Below are positions 42,369 to 52,503 of a stretch of DNA of 64,000 bases, in pieces. The notes under the pieces were generated by a model, which worked only from the letters and a program-made list of their open reading frames with translations, was not told the origin of the DNA and searched no databases. Each line of letters begins with the position of its first letter. Position 1 is the first letter of the stretch. The translations under genes and the position numbers were made by a program. The DNA lies in assembly GCF_058153355.1 (NCBI RefSeq), contig NZ_CM177019.1. One strand, 5' to 3'.

Positions 42369-42916
42369 TGTGCCATCCTCCGTGTCTTTCTGGCATGGGC
42401 ATAAGCCGCCGTCATGGCATCATAGCCGCGCAGTTCACGCCCGGACGGACTGACCGGCAACGGAAGCTCGTGACGGGAAAAGGCTTCACGAATACAGCGG
42501 ATGTGCCACTGCTTGAGTGTTTCGAGGACTGTCAGCAGCGTGTCGCCATGACACCACGCCAGTGTGGAAACGCCCTGTCCGCCGTTGCGTTTCGCGGTCA
42601 GGCGCTGAACATATTTATCCAGCGCCACATCACCGCCATCGGTAATAAAACCGTCTTCTGCCATCTGCTGCCAGACTTTGTATACCTTCTCGCGGGGCGT
42701 GACATGCCCCTTAAAGCGGCGACGTGGATGTTTATTCTGCTTCTTAAAGCCGCGTTCTTTCATGGCATCAATCACCTGTTCCAGTTGCGTAACCGTCAGC
42801 TCGCGGCAACTGATTTTGCCCGTTTTCTGCATCAGAAAGGCGCGGTAAGTATCGTCGCCGAGTTGTAGCTCCCGACGGGCGACATGGATTAATTTAATCA
42901 GGGATGTGCGATTCAT
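42365..42916 (-). CDS. gemA: GemA host-gene-expression modulator
   Basis: 183 aa directly upstream of mor. Confidence 0.75.
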   Translation of the reverse strand: MNRTSLIKLIHVARRELQLGDDTYRAFLMQKTGKISCRELTVTQLEQVIDAMKERGFKKQNKHPRRRFKGHVTPREKVYKVWQQMAEDGFITDGGDVALDKYVQRLTAKRNGGQGVSTLAWCHGDTLLTVLETLKQWHIRCIREAFSRHELPLPVSPSGRELRGYDAMTAAYAHARKTRRMAQ

Positions 42917-43190
42917 GATCGTACCTCCGGAAAGAGGCGGTGCTGCAACACCGCCTGAATTTACACATCAATCAGAGAGGATTTTATGGAAAATAATGTA
43001 CAACCTTATGATGTTGCAGGTTATGCGATTGCATCAGCACTGGTGCGCCTTCTGGTGAAGAAGGCGATCATCACCGCAGAAGAGGGCCAAGCCATTTTCA
43101 GCTCTTCAGCAGAGATTTTAAAAGATGCGCCTGCAATAAGAACAAGCCGCCGCGAAAACATGCAACTGTCAAAGATCATGGAAGACATTA

Positions 43191-43493
43191 TCAGTTCGTT
43201 AGACCCAGATGCTGACGGATCTCAAAAGCCTCAAACACATGAGCGTCAGTAACAATATCCTGGTCTGATAACCCCAGCCTGCGGCGGATGTACTCCTCGC
43301 GGGCTGTTTCATTTTGCAGTGCCACTACTGTTTCCAGACGATTCATTTCGCGGTTGATAATGTCACGGACTTCTCTGGCGGTGAGATTATGCTTAATACC
43401 ATATTCAACGATAGCGCGAACACGTTCCAGCATCCCTTTTTCAGCCATGACGTTATCAATATTAAGGGGAGTAAATTTATCTTCATTGTTCAT
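43191..43493 (-). CDS. Mu semi-essential early-region protein
   Basis: 100 aa; order. Confidence 0.45.
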   Translation of the reverse strand: MNNEDKFTPLNIDNVMAEKGMLERVRAIVEYGIKHNLTAREVRDIINREMNRLETVVALQNETAREEYIRRRLGLSDQDIVTDAHVFEAFEIRQHLGLTN

Positions 43494-43813
43494 TTTGCGG
43501 CCCTCAGAATAAATTCAGGATAAAATTTCAGACTCATTTGCCGTAACACATCCAGTGCAGCAACGGCTGCTGATTTATCGTTGCCATCAGCAATAGCGCG
43601 GAGATTTTCAATAATCCAGTGAGGACTCAGTGACTCAGCAACAATACCGAGTCGGTACGCCATGACCTCATCAATTGCACGGTTATAAGACGGGGCGTAT
43701 ACCGCCGCCACAAAGTTACCGATCACATCTTCAGGAAAACCCGCCGCCGTCAACAACGCTGTCAGTTCCTCGGATTTTGTAAATACGCCATTATTCATTC
43801 TGTTCACCTTCAC
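43490..43813 (-). CDS. Mu semi-essential early-region protein
   Basis: 107 aa. Confidence 0.45.
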   Translation of the reverse strand: MKVNRMNNGVFTKSEELTALLTAAGFPEDVIGNFVAAVYAPSYNRAIDEVMAYRLGIVAESLSPHWIIENLRAIADGNDKSAAVAALDVLRQMSLKFYPEFILRAAK

Positions 43814-44054
43814 AATTCATGCACGCCGTGTCATCGCCCATATCGCAGTGGTTGCATTTCTGCCCGCCACAATGGGGACACTCTTTCAGATATTCAGGGG
43901 ATTCATTACCGCAGGTCGGGCATTCCTGTTTCACCGTGGTGAATTTCCCCAGCCACGAATACGATGTTTCATTGTTTTCCATTGTTTGCCTCCGCCTGCT
44001 CCAGTGCCATAACTGGTGCGTCAGAACAGTCAAGAATGAGATAGCGCAGTACAT
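43791..44054 (-). CDS. Mu early-region Cys-rich small protein
   Basis: 87 aa; CPTCG...CPHCGGQKCNHC...CMNC zinc-ribbon-like cysteines. Confidence 0.45.
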   Translation of the reverse strand: MYCAISFLTVLTHQLWHWSRRRQTMENNETSYSWLGKFTTVKQECPTCGNESPEYLKECPHCGGQKCNHCDMGDDTACMNCEGEQNE

Positions 44055-44520
44055 GGTCGGTGATATTCCATGCGCTTGAGCTGCAAATAAAACGCCCCAG
44101 CCGGATATCGATATAAGCCATCACAAAACGGGGCATTCCCTGTTTGCACATCTCGTCATCCACTTCTGCAACGATGTGAACGGATTCACAGGTCAGTACG
44201 CCTGTCGCAAACTCTTTTGCCAGCGCGGGGATAGTATTACCTTCCACCCAGGGTAATGAGCGACGCCAGTTGCACCACACCGCATCATCAACGGCAGGCT
44301 GCTCAGTTGCGTTTCGTCTTACAGGCGGCGTCGGACGCGGGCGCGGAACGTCATAAAATCCGTTGCATTCGGTGAGCACTCCGGCATCAACCGCATCCCG
44401 CAGGAAATACACCATTGACGAGGGCAGCATCTTCATTTTTTCAGCCAGAACCCCGCAGGTCAGACGCCCGTAAGCCAGTAATAATGTGCTGACCCCATTC
44501 AGAACTTTTGCATCAATCAC
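43969..44520 (-). CDS. Mu semi-essential early-region protein
   Basis: 183 aa. Confidence 0.45.
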   Translation of the reverse strand: MIDAKVLNGVSTLLLAYGRLTCGVLAEKMKMLPSSMVYFLRDAVDAGVLTECNGFYDVPRPRPTPPVRRNATEQPAVDDAVWCNWRRSLPWVEGNTIPALAKEFATGVLTCESVHIVAEVDDEMCKQGMPRFVMAYIDIRLGRFICSSSAWNITDHVLRYLILDCSDAPVMALEQAEANNGKQ

Positions 44521-44523
44521 CGG

Positions 44524-45078
44524 TTATTCCTCCGTCAGTGCCACAAATTCAGAATGTTTAATACGCTGGCATTCGGAGGGAACTGGTCCTTTAACCTCAC
44601 CGTCCAGAAGGCGCACCTCAAACAAAATGCCGAATCCATCACGGGTGTGGTGCATCTCCCAGAGCGATTTGAAATCCCACATATTGGGTATGACATCAAC
44701 CCCAAGTTCATTGCACAGCCAGCCCGGAAAATCCGGGTATTTACCGAGCTGATTTTCATAGCCCCGGATAAGCTCCGCGTGTTCCCGGCCTGCTGGTGTT
44801 GTCATATCCGGCATCGCTGCCCATAACTGAATATCACCAATAAAAAGTGTCCTTGATTTAATCTCCCATCCTTCCGGTGGTAAACGGTTAAACCAGACAC
44901 GCGTAACCCTCTCAGGCCCTTTGTCACCAGACAAAAACACACCGCTTGCTTTCACTGATTGCTGTAATGACGCAATAATCTCACCACGCTTAACAGAAAC
45001 CTCTTTCAGCCAGCGAATCGTATAACCGTTAGCGGCTGCGTCACTCAGTTTAAAATAAGCACATGCTTTCATTTTCAT
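44524..45078 (-). CDS. Mu semi-essential early-region protein
   Basis: 184 aa. Confidence 0.45.
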   Translation of the reverse strand: MKMKACAYFKLSDAAANGYTIRWLKEVSVKRGEIIASLQQSVKASGVFLSGDKGPERVTRVWFNRLPPEGWEIKSRTLFIGDIQLWAAMPDMTTPAGREHAELIRGYENQLGKYPDFPGWLCNELGVDVIPNMWDFKSLWEMHHTRDGFGILFEVRLLDGEVKGPVPSECQRIKHSEFVALTEE

Positions 45079-45169
45079 TCTCTCCGGTTCTGATTAAGGC
45101 GCGAGTCGTCCCCTGACGCATCGCGCCATAATTAAACGAATGTGAATTAATTAAATATTAATGGTGGTA

Positions 45170-45694
45170 TTAAATACCGGCTTCCTGTTCAAACGGAATA
45201 ATGGAAAAATCTTCAATTCCCGATTTAACTGTAATTCCGGCAACACCTGCGACCGCTTTCGGTTCCAGTAAAATCGCTTCCTTGTTGATTTCCTGCTTCG
45301 TGCGAATAAAGCGTTGCAGGCCAAGACGCTCCAGCGTTTCCATCACTGCATCCATACCACGAATACTTACTGATGGTGGACGGACCCGCCACGATACATC
45401 ACCGGTGACAAGATTTGCCGTTTTCACTTTGCCGCCGTTTGTCAGTTCGTCGCGGTTCGCTTCACACCATCCCTGAACGCCTTTTGAAAGGGTTTCAATA
45501 TCGGTTTTAATCGGTGCAATCCGGGCTGCAAATTTCTCCGTAATTTCCGCGATGGCATCATTCATTTCCGTTTCCAGACGTGATGCTTCGCGCTGTAAGT
45601 CCCCGATGCGTTTAATATCGGTAATCACCGCATCGCGGTTTTGTGGCACATAAGCCGCTGCGGCACTTTTGATACGTTTTGCTGGTTTAGCCAT
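45170..45694 (-). CDS. gam: Gam (Ku-like DNA-end-binding host-nuclease inhibitor)
   Basis: 174 aa, MAKPAKRIKSAAAAYVPQN...; size and position as Mu Gam. Confidence 0.8.
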   Translation of the reverse strand: MAKPAKRIKSAAAAYVPQNRDAVITDIKRIGDLQREASRLETEMNDAIAEITEKFAARIAPIKTDIETLSKGVQGWCEANRDELTNGGKVKTANLVTGDVSWRVRPPSVSIRGMDAVMETLERLGLQRFIRTKQEINKEAILLEPKAVAGVAGITVKSGIEDFSIIPFEQEAGI

Positions 45695-45713
45695 AAATTA
45701 AAGCTCCTGTTAA

Positions 45714-46013
45714 TTAATATCCGCTGTATACAATGCTGGATACAGCTCGATTGCTTAATTCCATCTTTCGGGCAATGACATGAATATCCAGCCCTTCTTT
45801 ATAAAGTTCACGACATAAATATTTGTCGTGTTCACTGATTCGGTATACACACAATGATATTCCGTGCCTTCTGGCATGTGCCCGGAGGGCGGTTGTGGCG
45901 ACTTTCAGTTTTTCCGCCATTTCTTCAACGGTCATTTTCCCGACGTTGGCTTCGATAAATTCCCGGTCTTCGCGTGACCAGCGCTTACGATTACACTTCA
46001 TGTCAGCCACCAT
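45714..46013 (-). CDS. Mu early-region small protein, HTH-like
   Basis: 99 aa. Confidence 0.45.
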   Translation of the reverse strand: MVADMKCNRKRWSREDREFIEANVGKMTVEEMAEKLKVATTALRAHARRHGISLCVYRISEHDKYLCRELYKEGLDIHVIARKMELSNRAVSSIVYSGY

Positions 46014-46433
46014 TCAGTACAGCAGAGGCTCGCGCAGTGATGCCGGAATATGCCGCAGCGATAACTGAACCGCTTTCAGGGCAAGCGAGGAATAACAGCA
46101 GCGCGCCCGGCCTTTTGCCATTAACCGGTAATCGCGCCAGATACGCTGCCACATTTCACGGGCTTCAGGGTCTGATGCGCAGATGTATTCCCGGTCCATG
46201 ACGTACTCCCATAAATCCACGTTGAACGCACCGCCAAATGCAATGGCGCGGGATATGCTTTCGCCGCAATAACGCGCACAGATGCTGTAATGGTCGAAAG
46301 CAATCAGGTAAGTCTTTTCACCACAATCATCAACTTTCCGGGCGTAAATAAATCCGCGTAATTCACCACCGTTGTTATTGCGTCCCTGAATTCGGATTAA
46401 TGCCTGAATTTCATTTCGGATTTTGACGTTCAT
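46014..46433 (-). CDS. Mu early-region protein
   Basis: 139 aa. Confidence 0.45.
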   Translation of the reverse strand: MNVKIRNEIQALIRIQGRNNNGGELRGFIYARKVDDCGEKTYLIAFDHYSICARYCGESISRAIAFGGAFNVDLWEYVMDREYICASDPEAREMWQRIWRDYRLMAKGRARCCYSSLALKAVQLSLRHIPASLREPLLY

Positions 46434-46453
46434 TGTCAGCGCTCCTTTGCGAA

Positions 46454-46723
46454 TTAATGTTTAACCGCATTCACCGGATGTGGTACTAAATCACATTCAG
46501 CCTCCATACCCACTTTCTTCATAGTGGTCAGCATCTCATCTTTGGCCTTTTTAATAATTTCAGGAGCCATAGTCAGGACGATATTTGCCAGTAAATCATG
46601 AGGCCCGGTATTTTCCGTTGGCGAGATATCTGCAAGACATGCTTTTGCATCCAGAACTTCTCTGCGCCCATTGCAACCTTCACAACTTTCCAGCCATGTA
46701 AACTCAAAGATAACTTTTGCCAT
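46454..46723 (-). CDS. Mu early-region small protein
   Basis: 89 aa. Confidence 0.45.
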   Translation of the reverse strand: MAKVIFEFTWLESCEGCNGRREVLDAKACLADISPTENTGPHDLLANIVLTMAPEIIKKAKDEMLTTMKKVGMEAECDLVPHPVNAVKH

Positions 46724-46734
46724 TTTGTTTCCCC

Positions 46735-46989
46735 TTATTGATTCTGAATAACTGCGCTGGCTTTTACCTTCGCGCCTTTTACCTGCTTAAAGAAAACCGC
46801 GCTGCACCACGGACAACATGCAAAGGAGTCCCATACTTCATTTTCTGGTGAGCATTGCGTCATAATTTGCTCTTTGCACTTGGGGCAATTAAATGCAGTC
46901 AGAGCCACATTGTTATTCTGTACCCGTTTAACCCATTCAATATATTTTCCAGCTTTAGTACACATCGTTATCTCCAGATAATCTGGCAA
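46735..46989 (-). CDS. Mu early-region Cys-containing small protein
   Basis: 84 aa; CPKC...CCPWC pattern. Confidence 0.45.
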
Positions 46990-47195
46990 CCATTAAGACG
47001 GGCCGTCCATACAGAACGGGCCACCCCGGACTTATGCTCCATAATTCTGACCGCGTTTTTTACCAGTTCCACCGGTGGGTAAGTGATTTCAAGAATCGGA
47101 CGCGCCACGCCGAGATATGATTCATTTACATGACTCCCGCGCGCCTGTAACCAGTTCTGCGCATCCGTTGCCATTTTTATATTTCGGGCCATCAT
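46968..47195 (-). CDS. kil: Kil-position small protein
   Basis: 75 aa, first ORF downstream of B, as Mu kil. Confidence 0.55.
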
Positions 47196-47210
47196 AATTT
47201 CTTCTCCTTC

Positions 47211-48149
47211 TTAATTACGCAGCAGCGTTAAAATATCAACGTCCAGGTCTAATTCACGGAAAGCCTGACGCAGATAATCTTCGTTAACACGCTCACCTTT
47301 ACCATGAGCCGTCATGGCGGCAAGGCGAAGCGAATGATTCAGAATGCGAAGCGCACCGGGTTTCTGTGCAATTTGCTGTAACAACTCCAGTTCTTTTTCG
47401 CCGTTAATATGCCAGGCATCCGCAATAGCTTTTACATCGGCTTTTTTGGTTTTATTAATTGCAGTGGGCTTTGCAATACGGGAAAACAGACGGGCAAATT
47501 CAACCGTTCTGTTGCCCCCCGTCATATTTGAATAAACGCGGTGATTGCCCATCAGCACAAGGCCAGTGCGGGTTGATTCCTGTAACAGGCGGAGTTCTTC
47601 CAGAGCTTCAGCACCAAGATGATCAGCTTCGTCGATGATAACCAGCCCCTGTGTACCTTCAAGGCGGCGTCGCAGGGCGCGGGAGAGCGGCCCTTTACGG
47701 CGTGGTGCGTCATTCATTCCCAGCTCAAACGCCAGTTCAGTAAGACATTCCAGAACGCTGGCACAGGATGGCGTAATGGTGATCATCCAGACATTGTTAT
47801 TGGTGCGGCGATATTCACGGGCCGCTTCGGTTTTGCCCACACCAGGATTGCCACATACAACAGCAATACTTTCAGTCAGGCTGGCAAAACGCATACTTGT
47901 CCAGATTTGTTTTACCGTCTGCGTTTCCACAAAGCGGGGCGGTTCCGGTAGTTCTGCGACTGCATGATATTTTTCCAACCAGCGTTGCAGTATTTGTGCA
48001 ACACGTTCGTTATCCCCGTTGTACTTATCATTGATAAAACTACTGATAGTCCCGGTAGAAAGTCCGCTCTCAAGGGCAATTTGTTTAAAGGTGGTTTCTT
48101 CATTTTCTACAAGGGTGCGCAGTCCTGCGCGAATATCTGAAATATTCAT
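47211..48149 (-). CDS. B: Transposition ATPase / target DNA activator MuB
   Basis: 312 aa; N-terminal HTH, Walker A GNPGVGKT, Walker B VIIDEAD. Confidence 0.9.
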   Translation of the reverse strand: MNISDIRAGLRTLVENEETTFKQIALESGLSTGTISSFINDKYNGDNERVAQILQRWLEKYHAVAELPEPPRFVETQTVKQIWTSMRFASLTESIAVVCGNPGVGKTEAAREYRRTNNNVWMITITPSCASVLECLTELAFELGMNDAPRRKGPLSRALRRRLEGTQGLVIIDEADHLGAEALEELRLLQESTRTGLVLMGNHRVYSNMTGGNRTVEFARLFSRIAKPTAINKTKKADVKAIADAWHINGEKELELLQQIAQKPGALRILNHSLRLAAMTAHGKGERVNEDYLRQAFRELDLDVDILTLLRN

Positions 48150-48187
48150 CTGAATAACCTCGTAATTAAATTTTGTTAAAACGTTAA

Positions 48188-50179
48188 TTAAATGACTTTT
48201 TTACGTCTGTTCTGTTCCAGAATATCCAGCGAATGATTCAGATATTCATCACGCTCAGTTTCGTATTCATCATCACGCTCCTGATTCTTCACCCGTTCCG
48301 TATTACCGGAAGGCCGGAAAATGCTTACAATTCGTGATTCTGGTGCTTCAGGTTCGGCTATCTGCGGCAGCAGCTCTGCCACTTCCAGTGCATCCATTTG
48401 TTTCTGTGCCTTAATCGCTGCTTTCGTCGCAGATTTCAGTTGTTTCTGGCGGCGGCGATATTCACGGCCTGCCGCAGCATCATTAAACGCAACAGGTGCC
48501 AGACATTCCGCTTCACAGATAAACCGACCGTCCAGGGTGTAGCAATAAACCGTGCTGTGTAACTGCTGTGGATCAAATCTGACCACAACTTTTTTCACTC
48601 CGGCATTCATTAACGCCATGTTGTAATAAACGTTTTTCGCGCCTTTAAGGGAGCCGCCAACTTTAAGCGCGAACTCGCCTTTACGTGAAACGTTCACCGC
48701 CTCGGCAGGCAGTAACAGCATCCGTTTTTGCTCTTCGGTAGGCTTACGCACAATCGTTCTGGCGTATTCACGCTCAAAAACGTCATCAAACGAAAGTTTG
48801 CCCCCGCACATTTCTGTTTCTCGGCCTGTTCTGGCATTGAACATCGCCACACCTTCGGCAAGGGTTTTCAGAAACAGCTCTGCATCAACAGCGCGGTCGC
48901 CATAGTTATCAGGTTTTGCCTGCGGATTAGGCCCCGTATATGCGCCAGCCAGTGCCGGATGTTTATCAACGTATTCCTCAAGGCCACCAACACCGAAAGC
49001 ACGTTCTACAGGTTTTGCCTGGCCCCAGCCTTTACCGGCAACAACGCTTGTCCAGTGCATGGTCGCCCCCATCAGTAAAAACAGCCCCTTTGGATCGTCC
49101 TCTTTCACCTTAAAGCGGTAGCGATTGGGCGCGCCCCCCGTCAGCCATTTATTCGCAGCACCACGGGTGTTATCAATGGTGATGTGAAAATCCTCCGGGA
49201 TGCCGTAGCGTGTCACTACATCCATGAACGAGAGGCGAATTGAATCGATGTTCTCGCTAACATCGCAGCGCCAGCCCAGAATTTTTCGGGTTTTCACATC
49301 CTGCCAGAACCATGTTTTCGGGCGGATCACATCACCGTTAAACCAGCGTACAAAGACGTTATGCAGATAACCGTCGCCGTTGATCCACTGCATGGCGTCC
49401 AGGTGTTCCACAGTTCGTTGCTGTGCCGGTATCAGATGCATCAGTGCATGTTCACCTTCACGGCAGGCAACAACCATTGCCCCGTCCAGTTGCTGAATCC
49501 GGCGAAATGCCGTGGCTCGGGAGGGAATACTCCAGCCATGCTCGCGGGCTGCCAGTTCCAGACGCTCATAACATTTGCGGAAGGCGGGTTTTTCCGGTCG
49601 CAGATAATCTGCAATCAGAAACTGCCAGGCATCCTCGTCAAATTCACTTTTGTGAACATTGCGACGGGATGCTCCACGTCCATCAACAAGTGCAGCCGCC
49701 CAGTCAGGCTTCGCAAACTTCTGTACCTGGTAATACTTGTCCCGCAAAGTGGATGCGCTGACCTGGTAATGCCCTGCAACGGTCGCAAAAGCCGTTTTCG
49801 TTGAAATCCCCTGGTTCAGCATTTCGTCTGCAGCCTGAACCGCAGGCAACCATTTTTCAGCAAGTCTGCGCTGGGAATCGCTGGCGTTATCCCATTTGCT
49901 CCACAGTGCCTCACGATCATAATCATGGGCTTCCAGCGTGGGGCGGGCGATTTCAAAATACCCCTGACTTGTTTCAATCTCTCCTTGTCTCAGCAATAAC
50001 GCCGCTTTCGCTTCAACAGGTAAAGAGTTCGCATTGTATTCAATTGCTTTACCACCTTTGACACCTGCTCTAGTGCGGTTTTGCCATCCTTGCTTTTTAG
50101 CAACATAAATCACACCAGCCGATGTTTTCGGCAAACCAGGAAGATTCGCACACTCTTTCGGTGATACCCAAAGTTCCAT
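48188..50179 (-). CDS. A: DDE transposase MuA
   Basis: About 663 aa from [15 protein letters not shown] (ORF track starts 3 codons earlier at 50188); end- and enhancer-binding N-terminal domains, DDE core, C-terminal MuB/ClpX-interaction tail. Confidence 0.9.
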   Translation of the reverse strand: MELWVSPKECANLPGLPKTSAGVIYVAKKQGWQNRTRAGVKGGKAIEYNANSLPVEAKAALLLRQGEIETSQGYFEIARPTLEAHDYDREALWSKWDNASDSQRRLAEKWLPAVQAADEMLNQGISTKTAFATVAGHYQVSASTLRDKYYQVQKFAKPDWAAALVDGRGASRRNVHKSEFDEDAWQFLIADYLRPEKPAFRKCYERLELAAREHGWSIPSRATAFRRIQQLDGAMVVACREGEHALMHLIPAQQRTVEHLDAMQWINGDGYLHNVFVRWFNGDVIRPKTWFWQDVKTRKILGWRCDVSENIDSIRLSFMDVVTRYGIPEDFHITIDNTRGAANKWLTGGAPNRYRFKVKEDDPKGLFLLMGATMHWTSVVAGKGWGQAKPVERAFGVGGLEEYVDKHPALAGAYTGPNPQAKPDNYGDRAVDAELFLKTLAEGVAMFNARTGRETEMCGGKLSFDDVFEREYARTIVRKPTEEQKRMLLLPAEAVNVSRKGEFALKVGGSLKGAKNVYYNMALMNAGVKKVVVRFDPQQLHSTVYCYTLDGRFICEAECLAPVAFNDAAAGREYRRRQKQLKSATKAAIKAQKQMDALEVAELLPQIAEPEAPESRIVSIFRPSGNTERVKNQERDDEYETERDEYLNHSLDILEQNRRKKVI

Positions 50180-50180
50180 G

Positions 50181-50408
50181 TTATTCACCTGCTTGATATC
50201 GGCTAGGCCAGATTACTTCCGGTTTAGTTTCTAAGGCGTTAGCAATAATCTGCTCACCCTTTGGCCAGTGTCGTTCTAGCGCATTAGCTAATGTAGTTGG
50301 CGCATAACCGAACTGCCGGGAAAGAGCTGATAAAGAGAGCTTTCTTTTCTTAAGTCCCGCAATCACATCCGCTCGATGCCAATCACGGGCCTTTTCGTTG
50401 GAACACAT
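50181..50408 (-). CDS. ner: Ner (Cro-like early repressor)
   Basis: 75 aa HTH protein immediately upstream of A, divergent from c. Confidence 0.85.
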
Positions 50409-50577
50409 TTAAAAACCCTCCTAAGTTTTGTAATCTATAAAGTTAGCAATTTAACTAAGTGTAAAAACTTAGCTAGCTTGCTAAAAAGATAATTACTGAA
50501 AAGCTTTTTGTAAAGTTACTTTTTAGTAAATTTCTTTGATTACTGATTAATGCATTGATAAATAAGGGGTTTAAATT
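50409..50577. promoter_or_regulatory. c-ner operator / early promoter / transposition enhancer region
   Basis: AT-rich 169-bp divergent region between c and ner with repeated ...aaagttac/gtaact... motifs; corresponds by position to the Mu operator region. Confidence 0.6.
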
Positions 50578-51168
50578 TTGAAAAGTAACTTTATAGAAAA
50601 AGACGATACTGAAAAGTCAATTTGGTGTTCGCCGCAAGAAATTATGGCTGCTGATGGTATGCCTGGATCTGTTGCTGGTGTTCACTATCGAGCAAATGTT
50701 CAAGGCTGGACGAAGCGAAAAAAGGAAGGTGTCAAGGGGGGGAAAGCTGTTGAATACGATGTGATGTCTATGCCCACCAAAGAACGAGAGCAAGTTATTG
50801 CGCACTTGGGGTTATCCACACCGGATACTGGTGTTCAAGCCAATGAGAAACAGGATTCTTCGGAACTGATAAACAAATTAACCACAACCTTAATCAATAT
50901 GATTGAAGAGCTGGAACCAGATGAAGCACGCAAGGCACTGAAACTTTTAAGTAAAGGGGGGTTGTTGGCGTTAATGCCTCTTGTATTTAATGAACAGAAA
51001 CTTTACAGCTTTATAGGATTTTCACAGCAAAGTATTCAGACGTTGATGATGTTAGATGCATTACCTGAAGAAAAACGCAAAGAGATTTTGTCAAAGTATG
51101 GGATTCATGAACAGGAAAGTGTTGTAGTACCTTCACAGGAACCACAGGAGGTAAAAAAAGCCGTATAA
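50578..51168 (+). CDS. c: Mu repressor c
   Basis: 196 aa, MKSNFIEKDDTEKSIWCSPQEI...; only Mu gene transcribed away from the early operon; TTG start with upstream AAGGGG. Confidence 0.85.
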   Translation: MKSNFIEKDDTEKSIWCSPQEIMAADGMPGSVAGVHYRANVQGWTKRKKEGVKGGKAVEYDVMSMPTKEREQVIAHLGLSTPDTGVQANEKQDSSELINKLTTTLINMIEELEPDEARKALKLLSKGGLLALMPLVFNEQKLYSFIGFSQQSIQTLMMLDALPEEKRKEILSKYGIHEQESVVVPSQEPQEVKKAV

Positions 51169-51236
51169 CAACCATGAACCAGCTAAAACATACTTCACCT
51201 CACATAATCACACATGTAACATACCTAAACGGCATA

Positions 51237-51506
51237 AGCTGATTTGTGATATGAGTCATTTGGTGACAGCCTGGTTGTTATCGGTTTTGAACGTTTTTTG
51301 AAGCTGTTATTGAAATGATTTGCAGTGTTTTTGTTTTTCGTATTTTGAATGAAACAAAAGCAATTTTTTACTATCTTTCGCGTTTCATTGATTAACGACT
51401 AAAATTTGCGCTACAGGCTTGCAAGCCCCACCAAATCTAATCCCATCAGATCCCGAATAATCCAATGTCCTCCCGGTTTTTTTCGTACTTCAAGTGAATC
51501 AATACA
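51237..51506. other. Mu left-end terminal region (attL; MuA end-binding sites)
   Basis: Reverse complement of the Mu left-end sequence TGTATTGATTCACTTGAAGTACGAAAAAAACCGGGAGGACATTGGATTATTCGGGATCTGATGGGATTAGATTTGGTGGGGCTTGCAAGCC... as I recall it. Confidence 0.8.
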
Positions 51507-51511
51507 CCGGG
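51507..51511. repeat. Target-site duplication CCGGG (left-end flank of Mu)
   Basis: Identical to 14782..14786. Confidence 0.9.
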
Positions 51512-51540
51512 TATGTCGTTATTCAATAAAGGTGCCTCGT

Positions 51541-52443
51541 ATGCAAATCACCAACATGCATTGCAGTGGACAAACCGTTTCACTTGCCGCGGGGGATTAT
51601 CACGCGACTATCGTGACGGTTGGTGCTGGTCTGGCTGAATTAACTTTTCAGGGTTGTCATTTAGTCATCCCGCACAAACCCGAAGAGATGCCGCTGGCGC
51701 ATCTGGGTAAAGTGCTTATTCCGTGGCCGAACCGGATCGCCAACGGCTGTTACCGCTATCAGGGACAGGAATATCAGTTACCCATTAATGAACATAGTTC
51801 AAAAGCCGCTATTCACGGGCTGCTTGCCTGGCGAGACTGGCAAATTAGCGAATTAACCGCCACCAGCGTTACCCTGACAGCTTTTCTACCGCCCAGTTAC
51901 GGCTATCCGTTTATGCTGGCTTCGCAGGTTGTTTATTCGCTCAATGCTCGCACGGGCCTTTCCGTTGAGATCGCAAGCCAGAATATTGGTACTGTGACCG
52001 CACCTTATGGTGTGGGTATTCATCCTTATTTAACCTGCAACTTAACATCTGTTGATGACTATCTTTTCCAGCTTCCGGCAGAACAGGTTTATGCCGTCGA
52101 TGAGCACGCAAATCCGACAACGCTTCACCACGTTGATGAGCTGAATTTAAATTTCACGCGGGCGACAAAAATAGCCGCGACAAAAATAGACCATACCTTT
52201 AAAACCGCTAATGATCTGTGGGAAATGACCATTACCCATCCACAGCAGGCGCTGTCGGTGAGTCTTTGTTCCGATCAACCCTGGGTGCAGGTTTATAGCG
52301 GCGAAAAATTACAGCGTCAGGGACTGGCAGTTGAACCTATGAGTTGCCCGCCTAACGCCTTTAATTCAGGTATCGACTTATTATTACTGGAACCAGGAAA
52401 AACGCACCGCCTGTTTTTTAATATTCACGGGCAGCACAATTAA
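51541..52443 (+). CDS. yihR: Aldose 1-epimerase-family protein (sulfoquinovose mutarotase)
   Basis: Start MQITNMH... with RBS AAAGG; the longer 345-aa ORF (from 51406) begins inside Mu left-end DNA and is an artefact. Synteny between yihS and yihQ. Confidence 0.85.
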   Translation: MQITNMHCSGQTVSLAAGDYHATIVTVGAGLAELTFQGCHLVIPHKPEEMPLAHLGKVLIPWPNRIANGCYRYQGQEYQLPINEHSSKAAIHGLLAWRDWQISELTATSVTLTAFLPPSYGYPFMLASQVVYSLNARTGLSVEIASQNIGTVTAPYGVGIHPYLTCNLTSVDDYLFQLPAEQVYAVDEHANPTTLHHVDELNLNFTRATKIAATKIDHTFKTANDLWEMTITHPQQALSVSLCSDQPWVQVYSGEKLQRQGLAVEPMSCPPNAFNSGIDLLLLEPGKTHRLFFNIHGQHN

Positions 52444-52503
52444 TTTTATTAAGAAAAGAACGAGATTATTGTTTAGGGTTGTATTTACACAACAGGAAAT
52501 ATT

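Larger units (their letters stand above)
14787..51506 (-). mobile_element. Bacteriophage Mu-type transposable prophage, apparently complete (36,720 bp), inverted relative to the window
   Basis: Termini read TGAAGCGGCGCACGAAAAACGCGAAAGCGTTTCACG... (Mu right end) at 14787 and ...CGTACTTCAAGTGAATCAATACA (reverse complement of Mu left end TGTATTGATTCACTTGAAGTACG) ending at 51506; 5-bp TSD; gene order c, ner, A, B, kil..gam..gemA, mor, C, lys, head, tail, S-U / U'-S' G segment, gin, com, mom. Confidence 0.95.

Noticed and set aside
14787-51506. Possibility that the prophage is a novel Mu-like phage with new cargo or a defence island
   Set aside because: Length, termini and gene-by-gene order and sizes match Mu itself, and every gap is accounted for by known Mu features, so I see no inserted cargo module. 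A D108-type early-region variant cannot be excluded without alignment.
51406-51540. N-terminal extension of the yihR ORF (345-aa version)
   Set aside because: The extension begins inside Mu left-end DNA and crosses the prophage boundary; the real gene starts at ATG 51541 with its own RBS.
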